Origin: Felis catus
Lineage: Eukaryota
NCBI RefSeq assembly: GCF_018350175.1
Contig: NC_058368.1
Location: 52,019,815-52,083,814 of the forward strand
Length of the DNA stretch: 64,000 nt
Reading direction: 5' to 3'
The first letter of the stretch is position 1; each line of letters opens with the position of its first letter. The notes under the pieces are model-generated. The model saw only the letters and a program-made list of their open reading frames with translations. It was not told the origin of the DNA and did no database searches. Below are positions 39,637 through 53,700 of the stretch, piece by piece. Both the position numbers and the translations under genes were made by a program.

Positions 39637-39771
39637 CTAAGATGAGCTGTATTTATTACTGGAGCGGAAGTTGTCATATCCGTGATCATTAGCTTTGAAC
39701 TTCAGGCATGACTGCTTTTCCTCCAAGGACTGTTTTTCTTCAAATGACTGGCACCAGCAGCATAGGCATGA
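39637..39771 (-). CDS. EDNRB: EDNRB coding exon 7 (Cys-rich palmitoylated C-tail); 135 nt including TAG
   Basis: gtacag|TCA TGC CTA TGC TGC TGG TGC gives [44 protein letters not shown]. The seven exons sum to 1326 nt (441 aa). Confidence 0.98.
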   Translation of the reverse strand, partial: SCLCCWCQSFEEKQSLEEKQSCLKFKANDHGYDNFRSSNKYSSS

Positions 39772-41177
39772 CTGTACAGAGCAAAGTAACTCGTTAGCCG
39801 TTCACATCAGTTACTGTCATGACTCTTCCTACTTTCTAGGGTTCTGACTGTCTGGGCACGATCGGGAGTTCTTGGCCACTTCCTTTCCATGCTCTCTTAT
39901 TTTTCCCTTTAACAGCATATAATTACACAAGTAGTATATGATGGTTTTTTATACTAGAAAATACAGGGAAAGAAATGTATATCACTAAAACTCACCTTTT
40001 CATTAAAATTAAAAGGGAAAAGCACTCATTCTTGATATTTACTCTTGCTTACTTGAGAAATTCTCTTAATATTTGATAAATATATAACTCAAGACTTCTT
40101 CCTATGCAAGTAGAAATATTACCACACACCATACATATAAACACACGACCGTGTATGTGCATGTGTGCATGAGTGTGTTATCTTAATAAAATTGTACTAT
40201 ATGTACTACTCTGTAGCCTGCTTTCTGTCAGTGAATTTAATGTTGTATTGATGTTTTTGTCAGCCACGTGTTATGCTCGTGTGCCTTTTTAATACCGTCA
40301 CACAATGAACTTAGAAAGTACATTAATGTCTCGGTTTGATCCATCCAATTTCTTTTCTTGGATTTTTTTTAAATCCCCAAACTTTGTTCATACTGTTTGC
40401 TTTCTGAGGATCTGTATGTATAAGGAACTGGGAGGTCCATTGTTTTCTGTTCTCTAAAAAGAGGGAGTCGATCTTGATGAACGTTCTCTTCTAGCTCTAC
40501 AATTCATGAGCTTATGAGTGGGCAAAGAACTTAAGACTGATTTAGATGTTTTGAGGAAGCTGAGTTCTTTCCAGTAATGAGCTACCAGGGACAAATGGAT
40601 CATTCCCATATAAGGGAAGGGAATATGTCATTCATATTAGATTGTCGAAGGAGTGAATGAATGGATGGATGTTACAATGCAAGTGGCCAAACGAAGAATA
40701 ATACACATATTCCACATCAAGTAGCACAACTCTGCTCTACAAGCAAGGTGGCAAAGAGGAGGTAGAACCTGAATTACATGTCTCCATTAGACTTGCTATT
40801 CTCATGTCCCATATGAAAAAGATACTAAGTTAGTTATAATCCAAGCCATGGTGCCTTAGTCCAAAACCTACTGAAAATGGGAACAAGGCATTTAACTCAT
40901 GTTTAGCTCTTATCATATGACATCTGTCAGACATCAATGCATGTCCCTTTTGTTAATTTTCTGAGCATTTCTCCAAGTACAACTGATTGGTTGAGGCAGA
41001 AGGGAGTGGTTGATGAGGATTTATAGGCAGAAATCAAGTAGAGTGAGTTTTGAGCAGAAGTCATATTTTAAAAAATTATCTGTGATGTAATGTAAGGGAA
41101 TACTGTAAAATAATTGACTAAATCTCTTTAGATATAAATCTGAATCGTTTGGAAAGGTTATATTTGATGCCAGGCTA

Positions 41178-41354
<177 letters not shown>

Positions 41355-41845
41355 TTAAGCCTATTTTCCTTGCAAACTCTTGAGTTTTTGGGGAAAAACA
41401 TTACTCATATACAATAGTTTGACTTTATCACTGGTCTTTGCTCATAATGAGCTCTCTCTCTCTCTGTCTCTCTCTGTCATCATGCCCCTCCCTCCCATGC
41501 CCAATTCTCTCTTTGACAATAAAATCTCATTCGGAAGTGCCGAGGCTGGCTGAGAAGGCTTTGCAAAGTGCCAAGGAGAATTGGAGCTTATATTTTCAAT
41601 AGTGCCACCCACTCAACATTTTGATCATTTTATGATCGAATGGAGAGAGCTCTGCCTCTCAATTCTCAGTGTTCTTATTAGTCTGCTTTATTCCTTCCTC
41701 TACAACAGGAGTGAAGGGGGAAAAGTGAGAATCGTAACTGCTCCCTCAAGACTAGCAAAATGGTACTCTGTCTCTGCAAGGGACCAGTGGAAAAAAACTT
41801 CTGAATGCGTTTACCTACAAAAATCGGTCTAGTTTACTTTTCTTA

Positions 41846-42004
<159 letters not shown>

Positions 42005-42373
42005 CTAAATAGAGGATTCAGATAATCACAGTGTCCCCACTTCCCAAACAGAATATTTAATATTGTTTACGAAAAGCCAGTGGCATTTGTACAAATTCAG
42101 AACATCAAGCTTTAAATCGAATAGTTGATGTGAATTAGAAGTAAAGTGACTAGAGATTCACCTTAAAAAGGTAATAGATCTTTCTAGATCTTTTTAGATT
42201 ACGTAGAACAGAATTATCTCTCGATAGATAATATAAAAAATATTCTTTGTATTTTCAAAAATACTGGAAGCAAGAGAAAGGAAGTATGGTCTAGTGTATA
42301 ATAATTTTAATTTGTTGTCATTGTAATAATTTTCTTATTCATAATTATAATCGTGAGTCAGCACATATTTCTA

Positions 42374-42532
<159 letters not shown>

Positions 42533-43227
42533 CTATGGAGAAGAGAAAATTCTATGAGTTAACATTCCTCTGTAAAAAACATCTTCTACACCACACGTTA
42601 AATTAAAAAAAACAACAACATACTCATCTACTTCTAAAGTAGATACATTTCCTAAACACTATATAGAATATTTCAGGCCACATCTACTGAACAAATAACT
42701 AAATACTTATACTAAGTATAACAAACATTCCTTAAAGGGCATTTCAATTCTCTAAGGCAGTGTGCTGTAATTCTGCTCAAAAATTGAGGCAGTTGGGCAA
42801 AATTAAAAACATTTGGTAATTCAAGTATTTTTGCCTTCACATAAGCAAATTATCCTTAAGCAAAAACATTCTTAAGGTACTCTTTCTGTGAAATACCACA
42901 TCTGAATATGTGAAGACATCCTAGTGTTTAAGGGAAGCATTCACTTTTTAACAAGTGTGTTTCCCAGACAAAAATAGATGTGGAAAGGTCTGCATTAATT
43001 ATTTAGCTAAGAAATGTATGAATCTCACTTATCAATTAGAAAATCAAAGCTGCTTATGACTTAGGCTTTTTTTTTTTTTTACTTTATTTCTGCTCTATCT
43101 TTTTTTCCAACTGTGTTGGAGCAGAATTTATGTAATCTATGCAGAAAACTTTTTCCTTTTAACTAATAAGACACAAGAAGATAGCAATCTCATTCTCAAT
43201 TTCACATTAATGTCCCTCTTTTTTCTT

Positions 43228-43446
43228 AAAAAATTTTTTTTAACATTTATTTATTGTTGAGAGACAGAGACAGACAGAGCATGAGTAGGGGAGGGGCAGA
43301 GAGAGAAGGAGACACAGAATCTGAAGTAGGCTCCAGGCTCTGAGCTGTCAGCATGGAGCCTGACGGGGGGCTCGAATCCATGAATCACGAGATCATGACC
43401 TGAGCCAAACTCGGACGCTTAACCGACTGAGCCACCCAGGCGCCCC
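43228..43446 (-). mobile_element. Can-SINE in EDNRB intron 3
   Basis: Consensus body; TSD similar to tcttttttct. Confidence 0.93.
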
Positions 43447-44121
43447 ACTTCTTTTTTCTTTTAATTACCGGGATACATATAATCCCTAAGGTTGTATATA
43501 GTCTTCTTATATGTGAAATAGAAAACAACCATTGGTGACACCTGCATTAACGCCTCTTAATCCATTCTGTTGGGAAGAGTCTTTTATACTCAAGATCTGT
43601 CTTCAAATACCAACATTGCCATTTTCCCCCATTTCCTGATTCAACGTTCTTGAATAAATGGCCAGGACGAAAAATTCTTTGCAATGGCAGCTTTCCCTTT
43701 AGATAGAGGGCAGGCTTGCCATTCAGAATCCTTCCACATCCAGGCATCTCCTACTTGATCACTCACTGAACCATCCACTCCCTCTGATGGCTGCTGTGTT
43801 GTCTTATGAGGAATACGTAGTAGTTGGCAGTCCTTATGGAGGAGATGAGTAGAAAAGCTATACGTCCAAATCGATCCTCTCATGTGAACTTGCTTTATCT
43901 GTATCCCTGAACACCAGGGAATTCTTGTGGAGGTAGTGACCTAGCTTTCCACAGCATGGGTCATTAGTCACCGTTAGCCCCCCCGGTCCAGAGGCTTACA
44001 CTCTTAATTTATGCCAAGGACAGTCATAAATCAATAGCTTCCCAAGAAGGGATGATCAGGCAGAAAGTAGCTAAATATTTATAAGTCAAGAACGGAAAGG
44101 AAAGGAAAAGGTAAAATTCAC

Positions 44122-44326
44122 CTGCATGAAGGCTGTTTTCTGAGTGGGACGAAGCAAGCAGATTCGCAGGTAACGTCCTTTGTAGTCAATGGTTATCATA
44201 TCAAAACCCACGGCTTCAGGGACTGCCAGAACCACAGAGACCACCCAAATTAAAACAATTTCGACTGCTGTCCATTTTGGAACCCCGATTCCTTTAATTC
44301 GACTCCAAGAAGCAACGGCTCGATAT
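44122..44326 (-). CDS. EDNRB: EDNRB coding exon 3 (DRY motif, TM4, ECL2); 205 nt
   Basis: ttcag|A TAT CGA gives (R)[68 protein letters not shown]; donor CAG|GTGAAT. Phase matches exon 2; intron 2 is 134 nt. Confidence 0.98.
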
Positions 44327-44460
44327 CTGAAGTACAAAACAGAATTATTTGTCAAGCTGCAGAGCCTGCTTTTATTGAATTACATAGTTTAGTTTCTAAG
44401 TAACATAGCAATCACTAGTATAGTGTTCAGGATATACCTGGCTTAAATATACGCTCTTAC

Positions 44461-44573
44461 CTGTCAATACTTAGAGCACATAGACTCAACACAGTGATTC
44501 CCACGGAGGCCTTCTGGATAAAAGGCACCAGCTTACACATCTCAACTCCAAAGGGCCAGTCCTCGGCAAGCAG
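44461..44573 (-). CDS. EDNRB: EDNRB coding exon 2 (ECL1, TM3); 113 nt
   Basis: tgcag|CTG CTT GCC GAG GAC TGG gives [37 protein letters not shown](R); donor AG|GTAAGA. Confidence 0.98.
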
Positions 44574-46231
44574 CTGCATTGAGAAGACATGAAGCTCTGT
44601 GAGCAAGATTTTCACACGGTGCCCTCTGAACTGCATTACTTAGTGGACGGTAATTAACATGCAGAGTTAGATAACCAATTCCAGTTCTTCTTCTTTTCCT
44701 CATGGATTACTCCTTTGAAAAGCATCAGTGTTCGATATATGGATCAGGAGAGCGGTTGGGAATAATGAAAATGCAGCCAGTTCAGGAGAATTTGTTATGC
44801 ATACACAGTAGCTTAGGATCCGAAACTCCACCATGGGGCTAACTGGGGCCGATCTTGTAAGTTCCCCTTGGAAAACTGAATGTGATGCACTGAAAACATC
44901 TCTTCTACTGTCGTGGAGTCTCACATGCTCAGGTCATGGCCAAACCAAAATATAGATGATAAATGTTAAAAACAGATGACAAATGTGTATTTGCATATTT
45001 CCACTTTACTGTAGTCAACTTGAGTGCCCAGAAACTCAGCGGGAATACGCACACTGCTCCTTGAACGCCCTAGACACACTGCTGTGTTAGGGCTTTACTC
45101 TAGGTGTTTCCTTATTCTCGAAGGCTCTTTCCCCACAGATCCACTGGGCTAACTCCCTTACCTCCCTCAGATTTTGCTCAAACCTCATCTTTTCAACATA
45201 ACCTACTTTAACCCCATTATTAGTACAGTAACTAGCCAGGTTCCTGTCTCTCATACCCTCCTCGACTTTCCTTTTTATCCATAGCACCTGTCAACAACCA
45301 TTGCATGTATTATAACATTTACTTGTTTGTTTTGTTTAGTTTTTGCTCTCTTGAATCCCTAGAGTATAAGGCAGAATATGGCCTCTGCAACTGCCTAATT
45401 CAGTTCCTGCCATGTTGTGGATGCCATATTCAAACCCCTAAAACATATAGGCACTGGCTCCACCATGAGTAAAAAGACATAAGTTCTTGCTATTATACAT
45501 ATATGTCTCTCCTTCCGGCTTTCACAATAGATGTACAACCATCTATTGTGAAAACCAGTTAATTTCTTTCTTAGGACAACTGGGTGTGCCCACACTGGTT
45601 AATGAATCACTTTAGGTGAACATCTGGATTGAATGTTCCTGAGGTTTTGAAAATAAAGAAAAGTATTTCAAATCAATGTTTTTTTTTTAAATGTTTTAAA
45701 AAATAATCTTCCAAAAGTGAAAACTATTTTGAAACACAATTGAGTCTTTCTGTCCTTTCCCTTTAGTGAAGTTTCTTTGTGGAGTCTGTCAAGATGTGTG
45801 ATTGTTCCAAAATGGCACCAAAGGCTGAAACGTGTGTCTAGTATGAATACGACTTCGAGCTCCAACATGAGACCAATTTCGTTTCCAAGTTAGATACAAA
45901 AAGTTACTCTGACATGTAGGACAGATGTTGCAAGCTTACCACAGACATGCTTCATCTAGGGTCCTGAAGATCTACAGGGCCAGGCAGGTAACACAGAGGG
46001 GGAGAGAAGCCGGGTATAAAGAAGTCATTGGTGTCAGGAAGATAATAGAGAGTGGTAGGGTGTGGGGTAAATCCCATCTAAAAGGGGAAGCTGCTTAAAG
46101 ACCATGATATGATTTTTGCCAAGGAATCCCACATTAAAAACCAACAACAAAACACAACTCTTGATTTTAACTAAAAAAATCGAATTTTTATATAAAACCT
46201 CATAATTATAAAAGTTTCTAACTCATTTTAA

Positions 46232-46448
46232 AATTTGGTTTTTAACGTTTATTTATTTTTGAGACAGAGAGAGACAGAGCATGAACAGGGGAGGGTCAGA
46301 GAGAGGGAGACGCAGAATCTGAAACAGGCTCTAGGCTCTGAGCTGTCAGCACAGAGCCCGACGCGGGGCTTGAACTCACTCACGAACCGTGAGATCATGA
46401 CCTGAGCCAAAGTCAGCCGCTTAACCGACTGAGCCACCCAGGCGCCCC
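46232..46448 (-). mobile_element. Can-SINE in EDNRB intron 1
   Basis: Consensus body; TSD taactcat. Confidence 0.93.
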
Positions 46449-47099
46449 TAACTCATATTTTTAAAAAACACTGTCAAATAACATTGCATCAAAAAAATAT
46501 ATCTGTAGATCAGACTACTTGTGACTTCTGGATTAGTCAATTGGGTCAGAATTCTGCTTGTTCATTCATTCATTCATTCATTCAATAAGCATTTATTGAG
46601 CATTCACTATATGCCAGGCACCATTCTGAGTACAGGGTGCATATCAGTGAATAAGGCAAACTCCCTCCTCTCCTAGAGATTACAGGCTAGTGAAGGAGGC
46701 ATATAAAAAAACGCACACAAATATTTAATATGGTGTCATATGGTTATTGCCATTATATGAAGAGGGTATAGTGGGATTTGGAGTAATTTCTTGATAAGCT
46801 TCTCAAGCAACATCTTTCTGAAGAGGCAACATATGAGTAAGGGATCTGACTACAGTAAGAAAGTAAGCCATGCAAAGTGCATTCAGGGCAGAGGAAGGAG
46901 CAAGTGCAAAGGTCTCGGCGTAAGAAAATAAGCCTAGTGTGCTGACCTTACACAAAGAAGTCTATCAAGACCCAGGCCAAGTGTCTAAGAGATGATGTTG
47001 TAGAAGGAGTCGTCTGAATAATTTTTGAGGAAGTACATTGTCCGTTTTTAAACAGGGAAATGGCATGGTCTTATTTATGGTTGAAGAAGATCACTGTCA

Positions 47100-47292
47100 G
47101 GGGAGCCTGGGTGGCTCAGTTAAGCGTCTGATTCTTGATTTGGGCTCAGGTCGTGATCTCACAGTTCGTGAGTTTGAGCCCCACATCAAGCTCTGTGCTG
47201 ACAGCGTGAGCTTGCTTGGGATTTCTGTTTCCCTCCCTGCTTGTGCTCTCCCTCTCAAAAATAAGTAAACATTAAAAAAATAAAAATAAGTA
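47100..47292 (+). mobile_element. Can-SINE in EDNRB intron 1
   Basis: Consensus head and tail. Confidence 0.9.
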
Positions 47293-47924
47293 AAAAGATC
47301 AGTGTGGATGCTCAATGTAGAATAGAATGTGGGGTCGAGAAAGGAAGCTTTGATGAGAGATTGTGGTCAGCTGGACCCGGTGGTAACCTGGGGCTGAACA
47401 AATGGGTTGCAGACCAGATATATTTTTATATTTGAAGGTGGAGCCAGGAGGATTTGTTATGGTTTGGATATAAGACACGAGGAGTCAGGGAACTAAGAGG
47501 TTTGTCACATGAATGATGGAGCCATTCAGACTCATTCATCAGACTCAGGATGCCTTAGGTCTGAACCGGCTATGAACTTAAGATACTTTAAAGGAACCGC
47601 CAATTGCCCTTGGAACATAAGAATAAAAAAGTTCCAACCAGTTCCAAGGACTCTACCAGACCAGCTTCTTATGAATTATCCAGACAATATTTCTAATTCT
47701 GATTACTCTTAGAGGTATCAGGAAAAAAAAAAAAAAGAAAGAAAACAAAACTAACAGTTATGTGGCACTTGCAAATGGGTTAGGCATTATTCTAAGCACT
47801 TTGCACATACCATATCGTTGACATCTCTGAAGAAATCCTAGGACATAGTACTACTGATCCCCATTTTACAGATAAGAAAACTGAGGCACTTAGAAGGTTA
47901 TTAACATACTGTGTTGGTTTTAAA

Positions 47925-48705
47925 TACATCCACAAATTCTTTGCTGCTCTTCCCTTCACAAGGTGAAGAAGCCTCGTTTCCCTTTCCTTGAATGAGGGTT
48001 GGCTTTAACAATTTGCTTTCTACGAACAGAATGTGGTGAAAGGGATGATGTGTGATGTCGGAGACTAGTTCACAAAAGGCATATGGCTTTCTCCTTGTGG
48101 TCTGGTGGATCACCCATTCTCAGGAGACCAGGTGCCATGTCAGGAGGACACCCAAGTGTCTGTGGGCAGGCCAGCATGGCGAGGAACGTAGGCCTCCTGA
48201 AAACGACTAGCAAAAATTTGCCAGGGGCACCTGGGTGGCTCAGTCGGTTAAGCATCCGACTTCGGCTCAGGTCATGACCTCACAGTTTGTGAGTTGGAGC
48301 CCCACATCAGGCTCTGTGCTGACAGCTCAGAGCCTGGAACCTGCCTCACATTCTGTGTCTCCCCCTCTCTCGGACCCTCCCCCACTCACACTCTGTCTCT
48401 GTCTCTCTCTCGAGAATAAGTAAACGTTAAAAAAAAAAAGAAAGAAAAGAAAAAAAGGTGAGACTAGCACAAATTTACCAGCTGTATGAATGAGAGATTC
48501 CTCCAGCTTTAGGCAAATCTTCAGAAAACTGAAGCCCTTGGCAAATACCTTGACTGCACCCTCATGAGAGACACTGGACCAGAAGCACCCAGCTAAGCGG
48601 TTCCTGAATTCTAGAGCCACAGACAAGGTGTGAGATAATAAAAGTTTATTGTTTCAAGCCACTAAGTTTTGGGGTTATTTACTATTCATCATTTGACAAG
48701 TAATA
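47925..48705 (+). mobile_element. MLT1-type MaLR LTR interrupted by a SINE
   Basis: agaatgtggtgaaagggatgatgtgtga...ccagctaagcggttcctgaattct...tgtgagataataaa...tttcaagccactaagttttggggt. Confidence 0.8.
48224..48457 (+). mobile_element. Can-SINE nested in MLT1
   Basis: TSD gactagcaaaaatttgcca / gactagcacaaatttacca. Confidence 0.93.
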
Positions 48706-50555
48706 TATCTGTCCTTGCTTTACTCACTTGGTTACTTGTCCTGGTAACTTGGTTTATTACTCACTGAAGTAACCGATCCACGTTTGAACCCACATGGTCT
48801 GATTTTAGAGTCTATATAGCGTTTTGGAGAAGCTGACCATAGAAAAAAGATTGTTTAGAATTAAATCAATATTCGCATTTTGACCCATACCTATGTGTCA
48901 GTGGTAAAAATATCCAGATGCAAAATAAAATCTCTCTTAAGCACGTAGCCATTTCATTCACATAATATCCAAAAATTAACATATTTCCAAATATCTTATT
49001 TGCCTCAAACTATTTCCAGATATGCAAATATTGGGATCACCTAGGTGCAGGCATCAGATGAATCAAGATGAATGAGCGTCCAGGCCACTGAAGGGAAAGA
49101 AGTCTGGCCAACGGAAAGGAGCCCTGTACTGAATCCAGGCCCTGTTTTGAGGTTACTATTGTTTTTGGCTCAGCCCAGAAATTGGAGGATTGTTCTTCCT
49201 ACCACTGGGAGGCCTGCAGCTCAACCTCTGACCCAAGTTATCACAGGGGATAGGGAAACACAAACTGAAAATTGTAACCGTTCTCTTCACGTTCGACACA
49301 GAGATAGTCAGAAACCTAATCATAACTGAGGGCTTACAATTTTCTAATCTACCCTTCCAAAGGGAAAGGAACTGCAAACCAGGGAGCATTAACCTTCATC
49401 AGCTTTTTTAGCTTTGCAGGCTTTCAACTCAGGCCCGAATGCTGCTGGTCCTGGAAGGCCACAAAAGATGAGAGACAAAGTGCCCACTGTCACTTCTGTT
49501 ATTTTGTAATGAGAAGGGTGACTTTGGCAACCCCTGCCTCTCTCCAACCAGAAGGCTTTGTGGAGACTCTGAGAAGCCAGCTACCCAGTGGCAGAAACCA
49601 TGCCCACTTCTGACGCTCATCTTGGTCTTAATGGCTTCCGGTAAGTCTTGGGCAATTTAGTGCCGGGAGCTTATGTAAAATGCAAAGACATCAACCCCTT
49701 GCTTAATGGTGAACAAAACCCCAAGTGGAAGTGAGGGAAGATTTACTAAAGTTTAAAAACAAACATCACTCTCAACCAAGGTGCCATCTTTAAATTTCAG
49801 TGGAAGAATGTTCTTATAGATTTTTGTGATAACTGGAAATTAATTATTTCACTCTTTGTTGACAAAAATCCTGACATCCAACACCTAATTTGAAGTCCAA
49901 CAATATAGCTTTCCTCTTGTAGGGGAAATTGATTCTTTTTATTGCAAGAGGAAGTAATTCTAACTTTAAACCCAGCAATAACACATTCTTATTCCTCATG
50001 TTGAGTTTTTTCTTTGGACTTCACTCCATTCAATTAGATAACTTAAGGGCAAGATCTGAATACTGAAAACAAATCAAGCACGCAATCAGACAAGTCTCTC
50101 TAACTGCAAAATCAATGTTAGAGTTCTGTATTGTTTCTTGGTCCCTGTCACAGGAATTAAATGTCTAGGTTCTGCTTAAAAGTAAGTTTGAATATATATT
50201 ACCTACCACTAATTAAATGTGAACCAGTTAGAAATTACTCCCATAACTGTTACTGGTTTTCATATTGCGATGACTCAACCAACCAAGAGCTTTTGACAAA
50301 ACTGTTAGGTCCTACAGCGTGGTGTCCATTCGACACATGATAGCCCACGCTTGTGCTCATCCCCTTCCCTTATGGTTTACACTGCTTCCCGAGAACGTTT
50401 CTTTTGTATGAATAAAAACAAATAAGTAAATCAACACTAGACTGAAAAAAGACGTGATCGTACTGATTATAAGATTTCTACTCAAGGATGACCATGACTG
50501 CATAACTTTATGTTGGAATGGCTGTTTATGAAAGAAAAAAAGGCAATAGCATACA

Positions 50556-50755
50556 GGGGCACCTGGGTGGCTCAGTCGGTTGAGCGTCTGACTTCGGCTC
50601 AGGTCACGATCTCATGGTTTGTGGGTTCGAGACCCGCATCGGGCTGCCTGCTTCGGATTCTGTGTCTCCTTCTCTCTCTGCCCCTCCCCCACTTGTACTT
50701 TGTCTCTCTCTGTCTCTCAAAAATAAATAAGTGTAAAAAAAAATTTAGAAAAAAA
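50556..50755 (+). mobile_element. Can-SINE (internal deletion)
   Basis: Consensus head and tail. Confidence 0.9.
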
Positions 50756-53700
50756 TACAAATACATTATTTTTCTATTACATTTAACAATTATTTTTATA
50801 TTATATATTTTTTCTTAATTTCTAAAAGGATAAATAGCATGAATAGGAAATAAATATCCCCTTTTTATAAGTATTGTTAATGATTCCTACAAAATCTCTC
50901 CAACTGGGAGATTTACATTTTTCATTTCTCTTTTTAATTAAAAATCACATTCCTGAGAAACTAAATGGAGAAAACCCTGTTAATACATACCATTGTTAAT
51001 GCCCAAAGGAATTAAGCCCCATAAAGTCAGGAAATTTGAAAGTTAACCGTCTTGCACTAATAAATGTCCAATCGCTTCATTAACCTTATATACTATTTTC
51101 TTTTTCTATTTTTTAAATCAAGAGTATATACTGAGTTTTAACTATTTACTTGTTTCGGAATACTCTATCACATGTTTAACGTCCAGCATAGTGCCTGGCA
51201 CACAGTGGTCACTCATTAAATGCCTGTTGATTAACAGTGAATGAGTGTGCAATGGATGAATGCATGAATGCAATCATAAGGCAGAAATCTTATGATAAAA
51301 CTATTGTCATGAACTTTCAGTTCTCATGTTTGGAACAAAGTCTTTAGAGAACTGAGATGGCTATGCATTTATTGTTTGTTTGTTTGTTTGTTTTTGTATT
51401 GTCTATTCCATGCCCTTCCTTCCTCTTTCCAGAGGATCAGGTCTTCTTGACACATGGAGCCAGGGCCCTGAGGGATTGCGGGGTGATGGTTGGCTCTTCT
51501 CTTTTTGGAGTTCCGCCTTCCAAACAGGCTAGAAAAAGTGAAAAGCAAACGTTCCTCTCCCATCCTGTCGCTCCTACTCAAAGCTGCCAAGGAAATGACT
51601 GACATAAAACAGAACTTACTGTTTCTCAATATCTAATGGGATCCTACCAGGAGCTTTAGTTGTAAATTTGGTGGAGATGGCTGCCTAAGCATGGAGATGC
51701 TGTAGGACATGATTGTTTAAAAGGCTGGGTGAGCAATGTATTTACAACAACAACCAGGGTTACTTTGCCAGACGGCTGTGATGAAGTGTGAACATTTCTT
51801 TCAAATGACTGGTATTATAGAAATGTTTTTACAGTGAGAGTCAAAAGAGGGAAATAATGGAGTGGTTGTGTTTCACAGCTTTGGGAAAGGGTGTATTCTT
51901 CTGCTTTTATCTCTGTTTCCTGCAGCAGATAAGAATTTTTCTGCATTTGAACTGGCATTTTAAAGATAGAGCACGCTTATTAAGGGATTTTCATTTCTTT
52001 TTTAATCGTACGTATGGACAGAATTTAAGGTAAGCTGCTGGTCAGGTACACAGAAAATATTTTCTTGACGTATGTCGTACCTGTGCCCTTGGGGACAGGT
52101 ATCAATTACAAGTTCCATTCTGCATCCATTAAAATGCACTTAATCACCTAAAAATTAGGTCGTGAGGATTAGAAATACGTGGGTCAGAAATAATGCCAGC
52201 ATAACCCCAAGGGTGACACTTCAACAGACCACAGTGTGAACAACGCCCCCTGGAGTTGGGCGAGACAGAGGTTCTGTCTCCAAGAATCTGTTACGTGCAC
52301 ACCCGCAGAACAGAGGGTTTTTCCTGCTCTGGAAACATTCCTATGACTTGCTTAAATACAACATTGACTCCATGAAGGTGAATGAAGTTTCCTGAAACAA
52401 AATCTCCAGAAGCAAAAAGAAAAGATTAAAAAAATATATCTTAGGAGAAATTTAAGTTTACTTTAAATATATTCTCTGCTAGTGTTACAATGAAATCTAT
52501 TTCCAAGTCTGTAACAGGTCAATACATAGATTGCTACTCTCCTATTATTCGAATTTAAGAATACATCCACAGTTTGTGCTTAAAAACTCACTGACATGTT
52601 ACATATTCTGAAGAGTCCAACTAAGAGCATTAAGAAATGCTGTTTACAGACCTAGTAGATTTTTTGATTCATGTATTGAACTGTATCTTCTATGATCACT
52701 GTGACACGTGAAAAATGTCAGAATTACAAGCCGATGGTCTCGCGGCTCAGAAAGAGACTCTGAAACTTCATGAAGTCAACAAATCTTATTACATCATCTC
52801 ATGTCTTACCTAAACCTAATTCTATCCAGAAAATATCGTTGGGACACCGGTAAGCTACTATGAGAAGACATTTGATTACCATGCAATCTCAAAGCCCTTT
52901 AAAATAATTTGAAAACACTGAGCGAGGGGGAAGAAAGATATGTACAACATAAACATCCAGAGGATAGTTTTCCTCCTTTCTGGAAACTACAATTGAGCTA
53001 AAGAGGACAGAAGTAGAGAGAGGACACAAATCAGGGGGCATGAAAGTGGCTGTGAGTCTTAGGGACAGAGAATTGCTCGACAAATTCTCTGTCAACTTTG
53101 CTAATAAATTTCTGACTCAAGCATGAGCCTCTTTCTTGCTCTTCTACCACCATACTTGGGCTATTTTCTTCGTTTACATTTTCCCCAGAGGGTCTATAGG
53201 GGGAAAGAGAAGTAATCAATCTCTAAAATAAAAGCACTGGCAAGAGGAAAGGACAGAAGTCTAAAATTAGAGAAGTTGTTGGGTAAGGTGTGCCCGATAT
53301 ACCACACTCAGCTGCCTCCCAAACGTAACCAACCTCGTCAAAGTCTTGAAAGAGATTGTTTCACATCATAAATTACATCTTGAATCTTATTTAAGCTCAG
53401 GCTTTATCTGTCAACACCCTTTGAAGCACTTAATCATTTATTAGCATTTGGTATGTTTCTCTAAAAATAATCAACTATAGCATATTAGCCACACAGAGAT
53501 CACCTTATATGGTTTTTCTTTGCAAAATGAAGCACGTGGCTCCCTGGCCTTGAGACAACAGGGTCTTGGCTATGTCATCCTCTTGTATACCTATGGAACT
53601 ATCTTCTTCCTGAACAACTCATTTAAAGTGAGCAAAGAAAAAGTGTAGAGCCTTTGATAGATAAGCCTGGGTATATTGAAAGTAACATTGCCGTGACATT

